Below, in pieces: positions 1-9,386 of a stretch of 64,000 nt of DNA; within the stretch, counting starts at the first letter, position 1; each line of letters begins with the position of its first letter. The position numbers and the translations under genes are program-made. This DNA is from an uncultured Gammaproteobacteria bacterium (GTDB lineage: Bacteria > Pseudomonadota > Gammaproteobacteria > GCA-001735895): the NCBI GenBank assembly GCA_964651385.1, contig CAZYYM010000001.1, positions 8,688-72,687 of the forward strand. Direction: 5' to 3'. Under the pieces are notes generated by a model, which saw only the letters and a list, made by a program, of their open reading frames with translations, was not told the origin of the DNA and did not search any database.

Positions 1-2207
1 GCATTGGCTACTGGTAAAGCATCACCATCCTGTGCCAGGAATGCGGCCATTTGGGTTTGAATCTCTGTTGTCACCGCTGCGCTTGGATTCACTGTGGGCG
101 CTGGATCAAGTAGTGAGGAATGACTGCCCTCTGTGAACTTGACGCTCAACTTCAAATTCGACCCTGCCTGCGTAGTATTGACCGGCGTCAGTCCCATTAA
201 TGTTAGCAACGGTTCTGTACCGGCTAGAGGAGCAGGTACTGTTGCTGGTGTACTAGTGGCGGCCAGATTATCTGGCACAGTGTTGGGAACTACCAGATCT
301 GCGGTGCCCGGCGTGCCATTTCCGACAATTTCGAAAAATAACATACCTCGTCCATTCACTGCGCCCGATGCGTGGTTAACCGGGTCAGCGGTGTCTATCG
401 CTGTTTGCGCGACAGCAAGGAATGACTCGTAAGCAATTCTCGCTGCCCCTACCGCATTTTTATCGACGGCGCCAGCAGTCGCCGCAGCCAGACCGGCCAC
501 AATAGGTGGGCCGAAGCCAGCAGAACCGTCTCCGATCTTGACAAAACTGGCTCCCCCAAAAGCTAAAACGGCATCTTTTACATTGGGTTCTAGCGCGAGA
601 AACGTCGTACCCAATATAGCACCTAGAGAATGCCCGACAAAATAGATGTTGGAGCCGTCCAGATCAGCACCACCGCCATCCACGTCAATCGTGGGAATTG
701 CTGCCGTCAATGCGAAAAGATCTGCAACAGGTTGACGCATGTTATCTCGAGTCATCAACAGGTTTGCGAGATTAATCCAGTGTGCTCCAGAACTATCAAC
801 CGTGCCATCAGATCCGGGAATAGCAAAAGCCCCCCCTTCGGTTACCAGGTCAACGTCAAAAGTACGTTCCTTACCCACTTGATAAAACGGGGTACCAGGA
901 GCCACTCCATGCAACGGAATATCAATGGCTACGGTAGCAAAGCCTGCTAAGGCAAGAGAATCTGCAACCGCCAGCATATCTGTTCTATTGCGTGTAATAC
1001 CATGCAGGAAAATAACTGTTTTCCATGGCGCGGGAAAGGTTCCAATATCCACTGGTGTGGTAATCAACAACGGAATCTCTAACGCAGTATTAGTCGCCGC
1101 AGGCAGTGGATTTAAGCGCGTCAGATTATTCTCTCCACCCACCGCATTGGCCGCCTGCCAGGGGCTATCGTTGATTTTTTCGTCCTGGATTGCAAGAGAA
1201 TCGCTCGCTGAAGGCGCGGTTAAATAATAGGGAACACTAATCGTACCCTCAAACATATTGGCAGCGCCCAGTGGCGATTTACCTGCACCCGCACCGCCGA
1301 CCACCGCAGCAGAAGCACTGACACTCGTGGCCGGTGTACCCACCAAACTACGCACGGTTGCCAGAGTTCTTCCTACCGATTGGGTCGTGAAACTCCAGCT
1401 GGCAACAATATTGATACTGGCCAGGTCTTCAAGTGCAAAGTCAACGGTAAATTCGCTAGCAGACACCAACTGCCTTAATGACTCCAACGTGGCGGCATCC
1501 TCATCCGATACGCCGGGAAGCTGGCTGACTCCGGCACTATCCACATATGGAGTAGAACCTTTTGCCAGTGTATAAGTACTGGAAGATTTAACCGAATCAC
1601 CCGCCATATCTTTCAAACTGTTGGTAATCACGATGTAATAAGCAGTATCGGGCTTTAGTGGTTTAAGTGGTACTACTGCCAGGGTTTGATTAGTCGTATC
1701 AATACCGGATAGTGCCGCAACAAAATCTTTTCCTAATCCAAATTCCAACTCACTTTCCATCTTTACAACTGCCCTGCCAAATCCGGACAATTTCACTTCA
1801 AACATTCTGACTGCCGAAGCTGTGATGGTGGCAGGATCGATCGCGGCAGAGAACCTGGTCGAAATCGGTGTCCCTGTAGAAAAGCCATCCATAGCATTCA
1901 GTACCGTTTTAAGGGCTGCCTGGGGATCACCCGGTGCTATCGGAATATTAATCGTACCATCGAGCGAATCCTTAAACATAATATCCGTAGCAGACGGCAA
2001 AACGCCCGCCGCAGGATCATAAAGATGCAAAGTTGTACCGTTACCAACCGCCTGCGAGCTGGCATTAATCGCCAGCGTAGCACCTATTGAACTGGTATCA
2101 ACCGTGTTGCCATTTAGCGAATCCTGCAAAGTAGAAGGTGGATCAGATTCACAGGCAACGAGCAGGGCAACAGCAAAAAACATCAGGTATTTATTTAATT
2201 TAGTCAT
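1..2207 (-). CDS. VolA / Pla-1/cef-like extracellular lipase lipoprotein, alpha/beta hydrolase. Partial: the C-terminus runs off the left edge of the window.
   Basis: Absent from the ORF track because the frame is open to the window edge. My minus-strand translation starts at the ATG encoded by the reverse complement of 2205-2207, with an AAGGAGA SD just upstream. It reads MTKLNKYLMFFAVALLVACESD (lipobox LVAC) and stays open to position 1, at least 735 codons. The in-frame nucleophile elbow YFVGHSLGAILG is encoded at about 615-650 (GHSLG at 621-635). The + strand ORFs at 133-2022 are antisense shadows. Confidence 0.7.
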   Translation of the reverse strand, partial: MTKLNKYLMFFAVALLVACESDPPSTLQDSLNGNTVDTSSIGATLAINASSQAVGNGTTLHLYDPAAGVLPSATDIMFKDSLDGTINIPIAPGDPQAALKTVLNAMDGFSTGTPISTRFSAAIDPATITASAVRMFEVKLSGFGRAVVKMESELEFGLGKDFVAALSGIDTTNQTLAVVPLKPLKPDTAYYIVITNSLKDMAGDSVKSSSTYTLAKGSTPYVDSAGVSQLPGVSDEDAATLESLRQLVSASEFTVDFALEDLASINIVASWSFTTQSVGRTLATVRSLVGTPATSVSASAAVVGGAGAGKSPLGAANMFEGTISVPYYLTAPSASDSLAIQDEKINDSPWQAANAVGGENNLTRLNPLPAATNTALEIPLLITTPVDIGTFPAPWKTVIFLHGITRNRTDMLAVADSLALAGFATVAIDIPLHGVAPGTPFYQVGKERTFDVDLVTEGGAFAIPGSDGTVDSSGAHWINLANLLMTRDNMRQPVADLFALTAAIPTIDVDGGGADLDGSNIYFVGHSLGAILGTTFLALEPNVKDAVLAFGGASFVKIGDGSAGFGPPIVAGLAAATAGAVDKNAVGAARIAYESFLAVAQTAIDTADPVNHASGAVNGRGMLFFEIVGNGTPGTADLVVPNTVPDNLAATSTPATVPAPLAGTEPLLTLMGLTPVNTTQAGSNLKLSVKFTEGSHSSLLDPAPTVNPSAAVTTEIQTQMAAFLAQDGDALPVAN

Positions 2208-2219
2208 GATACTGTCTCC

Positions 2220-3557
2220 TTAGTAATTCCAGTTCAGTTGAACACTGAGAATATCGACCGAGGCATCGTAGTTGCCTGTCAGCGTGGCCTTGACGTTATC
2301 GGAAGCATTGCTTTCGAGTTCGTTATTGATCTTCGTATCGTCGACAAACAGATGCGAATAACCGATATCGATGGACAGCGTTTCATCCAGGACATAACTG
2401 GCGCCAAATGAAAGCCAGGTTCTGTCGTTACCCGGTAACCTCGGCGTTCTGCGCTCAGGGCTGGGAACCGGTGTTTCATCGAATGCAATCCCGCCGCGTA
2501 GAGTAACCGTGGGCGAGTACTGATAATCCAGTCCAACCGAGTATCGGAGTGTGTCATCCCAGGATTCAGTTGTTACGCCATCGGGCTGTGAGGCATTATC
2601 AAATTTGATCCGTAATTCGTCAAAAGAACTCCAGCCAGTCCAGGTAATATCAGCCAGAAAAGTAATATCATCAATATCGTGAGCGACACTGAGCGATAAA
2701 CTCGCTGGCAGAGTAATACTGGCCTTCAGCCCGGTATCAATAAATCGGCCTGTCGCGACTAACAGGGCGGCGGATGCAGGCACACTGAAATCGGCATCAC
2801 CATCAACATCGACGTCCACTTCGGATCGATACGAGGCGCCCAGTGTTGTCCGATCGGACAGATCATATTGCAACCCAAAATTAAATCCATAGGCAGGATC
2901 ACTCAGATTGTCACCCGTGAGTTCGACAAACCCGTCATCAGTACCGGGTGTCTGGCCCAACAATGCGGCAAAATCAACCGCGCTGCTCAAAGTCACATCG
3001 GCCAACATCAAATCGAGCCCACCACCGACAGTAAGCTGGTCGTTCACTCGATAGCCTACACTGGGATTTATATTAATTATCTTAAGGTCGGATTCTACTG
3101 CATGATACCGGCCGGCCCAGGTATCGTTATATTTAATTGCGAGCCCAAATGGGGAATTAACACCAAGGCCAAAATTCATCGAATCATCGATAGAAGTGAC
3201 CCAATAAAAGTTGGGTACAAGAGCATCGAATCCACCATCATCATTGATACCGGCGATGGGACCGCCGCCGACGGTCGATGAATTGACCGAGCCATTATTG
3301 CTAAAGGACGAATCAGGTGAGACAAAATGACCCGCAAAAACCAGTTGGTCACCCTCCAACCGCATCATTCCGGCCGGATTAAAATATACGGCCGAAGCAT
3401 CATTAGTATGCGCTGCGGCGCCCGCATAAGCATTACCCTGTCCACTTGCGCTATTTTCAATCAGTGCAAAGCCGGATGCCTGCACTATTCCTGGTATGGC
3501 TAGGCTAGCCATTACCCCCAGGAATATATTTCTTTTACCATTACTCGAATAATTCAT
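2220..3557 (-). CDS. fadL: Long-chain fatty acid outer-membrane transporter, FadL/OmpP1/TodX family
   Basis: I trimmed ORF 2220..3827 to the internal ATG at 3557, which has a GGTGGAG SD. That start gives the signal peptide MNYSSNGKRNIFLGVMASLAIPGIVQA followed by SGFALIENSASGQGNAYAGAAA, a typical FadL N-terminus. The rest is beta-strand rich and ends in an aromatic residue. The stop lies 12 nt upstream of the lipase start. Confidence 0.85.
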   Translation of the reverse strand: MNYSSNGKRNIFLGVMASLAIPGIVQASGFALIENSASGQGNAYAGAAAHTNDASAVYFNPAGMMRLEGDQLVFAGHFVSPDSSFSNNGSVNSSTVGGGPIAGINDDGGFDALVPNFYWVTSIDDSMNFGLGVNSPFGLAIKYNDTWAGRYHAVESDLKIININPSVGYRVNDQLTVGGGLDLMLADVTLSSAVDFAALLGQTPGTDDGFVELTGDNLSDPAYGFNFGLQYDLSDRTTLGASYRSEVDVDVDGDADFSVPASAALLVATGRFIDTGLKASITLPASLSLSVAHDIDDITFLADITWTGWSSFDELRIKFDNASQPDGVTTESWDDTLRYSVGLDYQYSPTVTLRGGIAFDETPVPSPERRTPRLPGNDRTWLSFGASYVLDETLSIDIGYSHLFVDDTKINNELESNASDNVKATLTGNYDASVDILSVQLNWNY

Positions 3558-3626
3558 ACTCCACCTGCCTTTAGTTATAATTAGTTTTAAAATGATACTA
3601 TTCCACATGACAAATACAACTACCAA

Positions 3627-3935
3627 ATGAAACTTCTCCAGCAACTCACCTACGTCGACAAGAGCAGAATCCATGGTAATGGATTGTATGCCCGCATACC
3701 AATAAGGAAAGACACTATTATTGGAAAGATAGAAGGTAAAGCCTGTAGCGTTGATGGCTGCTATGTTCTGTGGTTGACTGAGAGCGAAGCGATCGAGGTC
3801 AGTTGTCATCTCAAATACATCAACCATGCGGAAGATCCGAATGCCTGCTATTACGATGATTTAACCGTGGTCGCGATACGCAATATTGCCAAAGACGAGG
3901 AAATTACACACGATTACGAATCAGCTGACTGGTAA
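3627..3935 (+). CDS. Minimal SET-domain protein, putative protein-lysine methyltransferase
   Basis: 102 aa. The N-terminus SRIHGNGLYARIPIRKDTIIGKIEG is SET-N-like. YINHAEDPNA resembles the NHSxxPN motif and EEITHDY resembles the ELxxDY motif. Confidence 0.7.
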   Translation: MKLLQQLTYVDKSRIHGNGLYARIPIRKDTIIGKIEGKACSVDGCYVLWLTESEAIEVSCHLKYINHAEDPNACYYDDLTVVAIRNIAKDEEITHDYESADW

Positions 3936-4050
3936 TCGGGACTGTACCCCCGCTATAGGACCCATAATAAATCTCTTTTGACTACTTCGTTTAGGCCCAC
4001 TATATGGGATATAATCTGCTGTCTCGTAAGCCACTGGTAACCTGCTACCG

Positions 4051-4680
4051 ATGATGAATACAGCTGAAGCCGCCAAATTCAATATGGTCGAACAACAAAT
4101 GCGACCCTGGGAAATTCTCGATCAGCGGGTATTGCATGTTGTCAAATCGCTGGATCGTGCCGATTTCGTCGGGGACAGTTATAAAGGCCTCGCCTATGCC
4201 GACTGCCAAATCCCCTGTGGTGAGGGGTCTCGTATGTTTCCGCCCACGGTAGAAGGCCGAATGCTACAGGCCTTATTAATCGACCAGGACGATAGCATTC
4301 TCGAGATAGGCTCCGGTTCGGGATATATCACAGCTTGTCTGGCGACACTGGGCAAACGGGTTGTCAGTATTGATATCAGTAAAGAGACTCTGAAATTCGC
4401 GCAGCATAACGTCAACCAGGCAGGTTTTACTAATATTGATTTCCGCCAGGCCGACGGGCTTAACTACGACTATGACGATTGCTATGATGTTATTGCCGTC
4501 ACCGGTTCGGTGGGAAAGGTACCCGATAATTTGAAACAGGTGCTCAGCCATGGTGGCCGCATGTTTATCATCGAAGGCAGATCTCCGGTCATGCAGGCTC
4601 TATTGATAACGCGTATCGGTGATGCTGAATGGACTTGTCAGTCGTTGTTCGAGACTGATTTACCCGCACTACGGACCTGA
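4051..4680 (+). CDS. Protein-L-isoaspartate O-methyltransferase family protein
   Basis: 209 aa with the SAM-binding motif ILEIGSGSGYITACLA. Overall resemblance to the Pcm family. Confidence 0.75.
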   Translation: MMNTAEAAKFNMVEQQMRPWEILDQRVLHVVKSLDRADFVGDSYKGLAYADCQIPCGEGSRMFPPTVEGRMLQALLIDQDDSILEIGSGSGYITACLATLGKRVVSIDISKETLKFAQHNVNQAGFTNIDFRQADGLNYDYDDCYDVIAVTGSVGKVPDNLKQVLSHGGRMFIIEGRSPVMQALLITRIGDAEWTCQSLFETDLPALRT

Positions 4681-4699
4681 ACCTTCGGCTAATCACAAA

Positions 4700-5014
4700 A
4701 TGAAAAGTATTAGCGCCCCGGAATTATCCGAATTATTAAAATCAGCGATACCGGTATTGCTCGATGTAAGAGAGCCCTGGGAGTTCGACATCTGTCAAAT
4801 TCCCGGAAGTATCAATGTGCCAATGGCCCAGATACCCCAAAAACTCAGCCAGCTTGAATCTGAAACAGATACGGTTGTCATCTGTCACCATGGTGTGCGC
4901 AGTCTCCAGGTAATTCGATACCTGCACCAACAATCTTTTGATCGACTGATAAACCTCGATGGGGGAGTCGATGCCTGGGCCCGCCAGGTCGACCGAGATA
5001 TGACATTATACTAA
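4700..5014 (+). CDS. Rhodanese-like sulfurtransferase domain protein
   Basis: I trimmed ORF 4619..5014 to the ATG at 4700 (MKSISAPELSELL). It has the active-site loop VVICHHGVRS and the single-domain size of about 104 aa. Confidence 0.8.
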   Translation: MKSISAPELSELLKSAIPVLLDVREPWEFDICQIPGSINVPMAQIPQKLSQLESETDTVVICHHGVRSLQVIRYLHQQSFDRLINLDGGVDAWARQVDRDMTLY

Positions 5015-5139
5015 TCCGTTAAAAGGACATCGCCTCATATACCAGGTGAATTATGATATTAATAACCGGGGTGTTTATTTATAATCATAATTGCAGGGTA
5101 AAATTCCGATTAAATTTTTATAACCCAGGACTCATTCAC

Positions 5140-6471
5140 GTGTGCCAACGAATTCTATTGTTAACGCTGCTATTCACGAGCCATCCACTTTTCGCGCAGA
5201 ATTTGATCAATATTTATGAACTCGCATCGGAACAGGATGCACTGCTGAAAATTGCTGAATCCCAGTTTGAGGCAACGACCAGGGCACTGCCTCTGGCAAT
5301 CTCGGCCAGACGACCTCAAATAAACCTGTCTGCCAACGGCACTATCCGCGAAACCGATTCATCTGGGCTCGGATCCGGAGCCAGTGCGACATCCGCTACC
5401 GGTAGTAATACCACAAACAGTTACGGGCTCAGCGTCAGGTTGGTGCAGAATATATACGATGCTGAAACTATCGCCGCTATTGATATCGCCGAAGCGCAGG
5501 TGGCACAGGCACAGGCCGAGCTTGAAGCAAGCCGACAAGAATTGATTATCCGCGTAGCCGAGCGTTATTTCGATATTCTGGCTGCAGGCGATAATGTCGA
5601 ATTTGCTGTCGCCGAGAAAAATGCCATCGCCCGACAGCTTGAACAGGCTCAAAAACGCTTCGAAGTCGGCCTGATTGCGATAACCGACGTGCATGAGGCG
5701 CAGGCCCGATTCGACAGCGCAGTGGCTCAGGAAATTCTGGCTGAAACCTTACTCGACAATGCCTACCAGGCACTCGAAGTCATTATTGCTCGAACCCCAT
5801 CGCCTAATCTGGCGCGGCTTGGTGAACGGCTCGAACTCAGTGTCCCTTCACCTGCCGACAGTGCCCAATGGGTTGACATGGCCTTGCAAAACAACCGCAG
5901 TCTGGTGTCGTCCCTGGCTGCCCTGAAAGCGGCACGGCACACCCGTCAACAGCAGGCACGGGGCAATTACCCGACGGTAGATTTCAGTGCCGGTTACAGC
6001 ACTAATTCTTTCAACGACGATAATCTCGGTAATTACGACCAGGACGATTTTAATCTGTCGGTCGAACTCAATGTCCCACTGTCTACCGGCGGTCGTATCA
6101 ATGCATCAAAACAAAAAGCCGAGTCCGATTTCCAGGCAGCTCGAAATGCCAGCTTGTTGCAACGACGTCTGACTTCACAACAGACTCGTGATGCTTATCT
6201 CGGGGTGGTTTCCGGTATCAGCCAGGTCAAAGCCCTGCGCCAGGCTTTAAGTTCCAGTACGACAGCACTCGAAGCAACCGAGGCGGGGTTCGAAGTCGGC
6301 ACTCGTACCTCGGTCGACGTGCTGATATCCTTGCGCGAAACCTATGCTGCCCGACGCGACTATGCCAGCGCACGCTACGATTATTTGATTAATATCCTCA
6401 AACTCAAGCAAGCTGCTGGTTTACTAGACTTCGCTGACCTTGCCGAAATCAACCGGTGGCTAATCCAGTAA
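5140..6471 (+). CDS. tolC: TolC-family outer-membrane efflux / type I secretion channel
   Basis: The two-fold repeat with coiled-coil segments matches TolC-family proteins. The signal peptide CQRILLLTLLFTSHPLFA-QN favours a GTG start at 5140 with AGGA upstream. The track ORF starts at 5053, so the start is uncertain. Confidence 0.85.
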   Translation: MCQRILLLTLLFTSHPLFAQNLINIYELASEQDALLKIAESQFEATTRALPLAISARRPQINLSANGTIRETDSSGLGSGASATSATGSNTTNSYGLSVRLVQNIYDAETIAAIDIAEAQVAQAQAELEASRQELIIRVAERYFDILAAGDNVEFAVAEKNAIARQLEQAQKRFEVGLIAITDVHEAQARFDSAVAQEILAETLLDNAYQALEVIIARTPSPNLARLGERLELSVPSPADSAQWVDMALQNNRSLVSSLAALKAARHTRQQQARGNYPTVDFSAGYSTNSFNDDNLGNYDQDDFNLSVELNVPLSTGGRINASKQKAESDFQAARNASLLQRRLTSQQTRDAYLGVVSGISQVKALRQALSSSTTALEATEAGFEVGTRTSVDVLISLRETYAARRDYASARYDYLINILKLKQAAGLLDFADLAEINRWLIQ

Positions 6472-6475
6472 GCTG

Positions 6476-7405
6476 ATGGCCAAGGGGAATTCTGACGGAT
6501 TTGTAGCCAGCCACTATCTACATCCGCGATTCTGGCCGATGTGGACTGTGTTAGGTCTGCTGCGATTGGTGGCGCTTCTGCCCTTTCGAGCTCAGCTACC
6601 ACTTGGAAAGCTACTCGGCAAGCTGATTCAAGTTTTATCCGGGTCACGTCAGCGAATTGTCGATATCAATCTGCAACATTGTTTTCCGGAATTTTCTACG
6701 CAGAAACGTCACCGGATAAAAAACCACTGCTATAAAAATATCGGCATATCACTACTCGAAATGTCGATGTGCTGGTGGTGGCCGGAACAACGTTTAAAGA
6801 CATTAGTGGAAATACGGGGCCAGGAACATATTGATGCGGTTTTAGAAAGCGGCAAAGGGGTCATATTATTGACGGGGCATTTTACCAGTCTCGAAATAGG
6901 TGCCCGACTACTGGCACTGTTCATGCCGGTACAGGTAATGTATCGAACCCAGAGAAATTTGCTCTTTAACGACTACCTGTATAGCAAACGCTGCCGTTAT
7001 TTCGTCAACACCATCTCAAGAAAAAACGCCCGACAGTTGATCAAAGGCATCAAAAATCAGATACCCACCTGGTATGCGCCCGATCAGGACTTTCGTAACG
7101 AACGCAATGTTTTTGCACCTTTCATGGGCGTCGAAACGGCAACGATAACTGCCAGTTCGCGCATGGCGCAAACCTCTGGCGGGGCTATGTTACCATTTTA
7201 TCCAGAACGTAAGATCGATGGCTCGGGTTATATTTTGCGGATTGAACCACCGCTCGAAAATTTTCCCAGCGGGGATGACCTAAAAGACGCGACACGTATT
7301 AATGAATCGATAGAAAAATTTGTACACCTTCACCCAGGGCACTACATGTGGATCCACCGGCGCTTTAAATCACGTCCGAATGGTAAACCAGGTTTTTACC
7401 CGTGA
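6476..7405 (+). CDS. lpxL: Lipid A biosynthesis lauroyl/myristoyl acyltransferase, LpxL/HtrB family
   Basis: 309 aa with an N-terminal membrane anchor. It carries the LTGHFTSLE (HX4E-type) acyltransferase motif and sits directly upstream of waaA. Confidence 0.8.
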   Translation: MAKGNSDGFVASHYLHPRFWPMWTVLGLLRLVALLPFRAQLPLGKLLGKLIQVLSGSRQRIVDINLQHCFPEFSTQKRHRIKNHCYKNIGISLLEMSMCWWWPEQRLKTLVEIRGQEHIDAVLESGKGVILLTGHFTSLEIGARLLALFMPVQVMYRTQRNLLFNDYLYSKRCRYFVNTISRKNARQLIKGIKNQIPTWYAPDQDFRNERNVFAPFMGVETATITASSRMAQTSGGAMLPFYPERKIDGSGYILRIEPPLENFPSGDDLKDATRINESIEKFVHLHPGHYMWIHRRFKSRPNGKPGFYP

Positions 7406-8625
7406 GTCCCGAATCACCGGGGTCGGCTTATCGCCTGTTTTCTCTCTTATTTTTGCCATTCTGGTTGATACACGCTTTCTGGCATGGTCAAACCCAGGGA
7501 TTAGCGAGCTACCTTAGGCAACGATTCCTGGGGTATAAGGGCAATTCGATAATGCCGCAGGTCTGGGTTCACGCATCGTCAGTCGGTGAAGTCATTGCCA
7601 TCTCACCCCTGGTAAAAAAACTTCGTGATCAGGGCGAATCTATTTTTTTTACCAGTTTCACCGCCAGTGGCTATCAAACGATACAGCGGAATTTTCCGCA
7701 TGATATCGAGTCCGGCATCATACCAGCCGATTTTGTCATTACCTGCCGCCGCTTTGTTCGGCAACATTCAATCAAGCTTTGTTTGCTCATGGAAACTGAA
7801 CTCTGGCCTGAGCTTTTATTCCAGATTGCAAGCAAAGACATACCGATTATTCATATCAATGCCCGGCTTTCCGAAAAATCGACCTCGGCACCAATCTTTG
7901 TGCGATATCTTTTACGGCGGGCAATCAGTTGTATTCGCCTCCACCTGACCAGACACGAACTCGACCGGCAACTTCTCATTGGCCTGGGTGCTGAAACAGA
8001 AAATATCAAAATAATCGGTAATTTGAAATCACGTGCCGAACCCTTTGAGTCCCCCGACAGGTTGCTAGAGCGCGACTATCTGCTGTTGGCATCGAGTCAC
8101 GAGAGCGAAGAAGCCCTGTTTTTAAAGCATCGTCCCAATCAGTGGCGCCGGCAACTCATCGTCATCATACCTCGCCATCCCCAACGTAGTCAGGCCATTC
8201 AGCGGCAGCTGCTCGAATCCGGCATTGAGTATGCGGTCCGTAGCGATTCGCAAACCATTAAATCGCAGACCGAGGTCTACCTGGCAGACACATTCGGTGA
8301 GCTTAAAGCATTCATGGCACACGCCAGCATTGTCATTATGGGAGGCTCGTTTGACCAGACCGGGGGGCACAACCTGATTGAACCTGCAAATCTCGGCTGC
8401 GCGATTATCACCGGTCCTTCAGACGGCAATATCTGTGCCGATATTGCACAACTGGGAGACGGTATCGTTCAGGTTGACAATATGGACGAATGCTGGCAAA
8501 AAATTGAATATTTTCTAGACAAGCCTGAAGTATCGACAATGATTGGCGTGAAGGCTCAAAAAATCGTTCAACAGCAAGATGATGTGTTGATCAAATATCT
8601 TGAAGAAATTCGCCCCTTCTGTTAA
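7402..8625 (+). CDS. waaA: 3-deoxy-D-manno-octulosonic acid (Kdo) transferase
   Basis: 407 aa. It has the WVHASSVGE motif and C-terminal MGGSF..GGHNLIEPA, both typical of WaaA/KdtA. The GTG start overlaps the lpxL stop. Confidence 0.9.
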   Translation: MSPESPGSAYRLFSLLFLPFWLIHAFWHGQTQGLASYLRQRFLGYKGNSIMPQVWVHASSVGEVIAISPLVKKLRDQGESIFFTSFTASGYQTIQRNFPHDIESGIIPADFVITCRRFVRQHSIKLCLLMETELWPELLFQIASKDIPIIHINARLSEKSTSAPIFVRYLLRRAISCIRLHLTRHELDRQLLIGLGAETENIKIIGNLKSRAEPFESPDRLLERDYLLLASSHESEEALFLKHRPNQWRRQLIVIIPRHPQRSQAIQRQLLESGIEYAVRSDSQTIKSQTEVYLADTFGELKAFMAHASIVIMGGSFDQTGGHNLIEPANLGCAIITGPSDGNICADIAQLGDGIVQVDNMDECWQKIEYFLDKPEVSTMIGVKAQKIVQQQDDVLIKYLEEIRPFC

Positions 8626-8633
8626 ATGACAGT

Positions 8634-8666
8634 AGTGGTCGAACATAGGTATGTTGTTCGACCACT
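8634..8666. terminator. Perfect 12-bp stem hairpin between convergent waaA and kdkA
   Basis: agtggtcgaaca (8634-8645) pairs perfectly with tgttcgaccact (8655-8666) around a 9-nt loop. No T-run follows, so rho-independent function is not assured. Confidence 0.45.
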
Positions 8667-9378
8667 AACTGCCGGTTTGATATCCATCCATTAGCGCCTG
8701 CCAATCGTCTTCGTGGAAATGCAATGATTTCTGTTTGTCTATTTTCATCAACGAGCGTTGCAAGCGATACAAGGCCGACCATTGCCAGTTGTCGAGTCGT
8801 TTCATTCTTTGCCCCTTGTCAAAATCGATAATATAAACTTTAAAATCCTGGTCGATTAGTAAATTGTTAGCGTTCAGATCAGGGTGCCTAAATCCCATTT
8901 GTTGCATTTTTTTAATGATCATACCCAAATGATTCCAGATAATCTGATCAAGCCTGGAATGCTCCAGGTAGTGAGCCAGGGTTTGCGTGCCTTCTATAAA
9001 AGCTGTGATGATTGCAGCACGATAGACTAACCCTCTTTTCCAGACACAAGCGCCTAAGGGTTTGGTAACAGGTAAGCCCGCGTCACTGGCTTCACATAAC
9101 AACCGCCATTCCCGCCAGGGACGAGATCTTTTTTTACCTAACCAGATATAGCTGTCAGTCGAAATATTGTAAATTAATCCACCTCTTATATATTGCTTTA
9201 ATATGACAGGCTGACCATTGAGGTCAAATTTTATGCTTCCGCCCCGCCCGCCTTCGACGACGCTATAACCAGATTTATCCAGCCAGTGATCCGGATCGAA
9301 ATGCTGCCTTTCAAGTTTCTCTATAGCGTTTTCATCCTGCAGGATGTAGCATCTCGCGGACTCGTTTTTAAGATCCAT
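8665..9378 (-). CDS. kdkA: 3-deoxy-D-manno-octulosonic acid kinase
   Basis: 237 aa. It has the kinase-like motif HPDLNANNLLI...IIDFDK, the size of KdkA, and an LPS-core neighbourhood. Confidence 0.85.
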   Translation of the reverse strand: MDLKNESARCYILQDENAIEKLERQHFDPDHWLDKSGYSVVEGGRGGSIKFDLNGQPVILKQYIRGGLIYNISTDSYIWLGKKRSRPWREWRLLCEASDAGLPVTKPLGACVWKRGLVYRAAIITAFIEGTQTLAHYLEHSRLDQIIWNHLGMIIKKMQQMGFRHPDLNANNLLIDQDFKVYIIDFDKGQRMKRLDNWQWSALYRLQRSLMKIDKQKSLHFHEDDWQALMDGYQTGS

Positions 9379-9386
9379 AGGTACCT

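Noticed and set aside
133-2022. Five + strand ORFs of 66-106 aa at the left end of the window
   Set aside because: They are antisense shadows of one continuous minus-strand lipase frame (1..2207). That frame has a lipobox, an SD and a GHSLG elbow. The + strand translations are Ala/Gly/Thr/Val-rich with no motifs.
3558-3827. 90-codon N-terminal extension of the FadL ORF
   Set aside because: The internal ATG at 3557 has an SD and gives a proper signal peptide. The extension overlaps the SET gene on the other strand and has no features.
4051-6471. The grouping of pcm-like methyltransferase, rhodanese and tolC as a possible novel export module
   Set aside because: From memory, this neighbourhood recurs in several gammaproteobacteria, with a pcm-like gene next to tolC. 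Nothing unusual is seen in the sequences.
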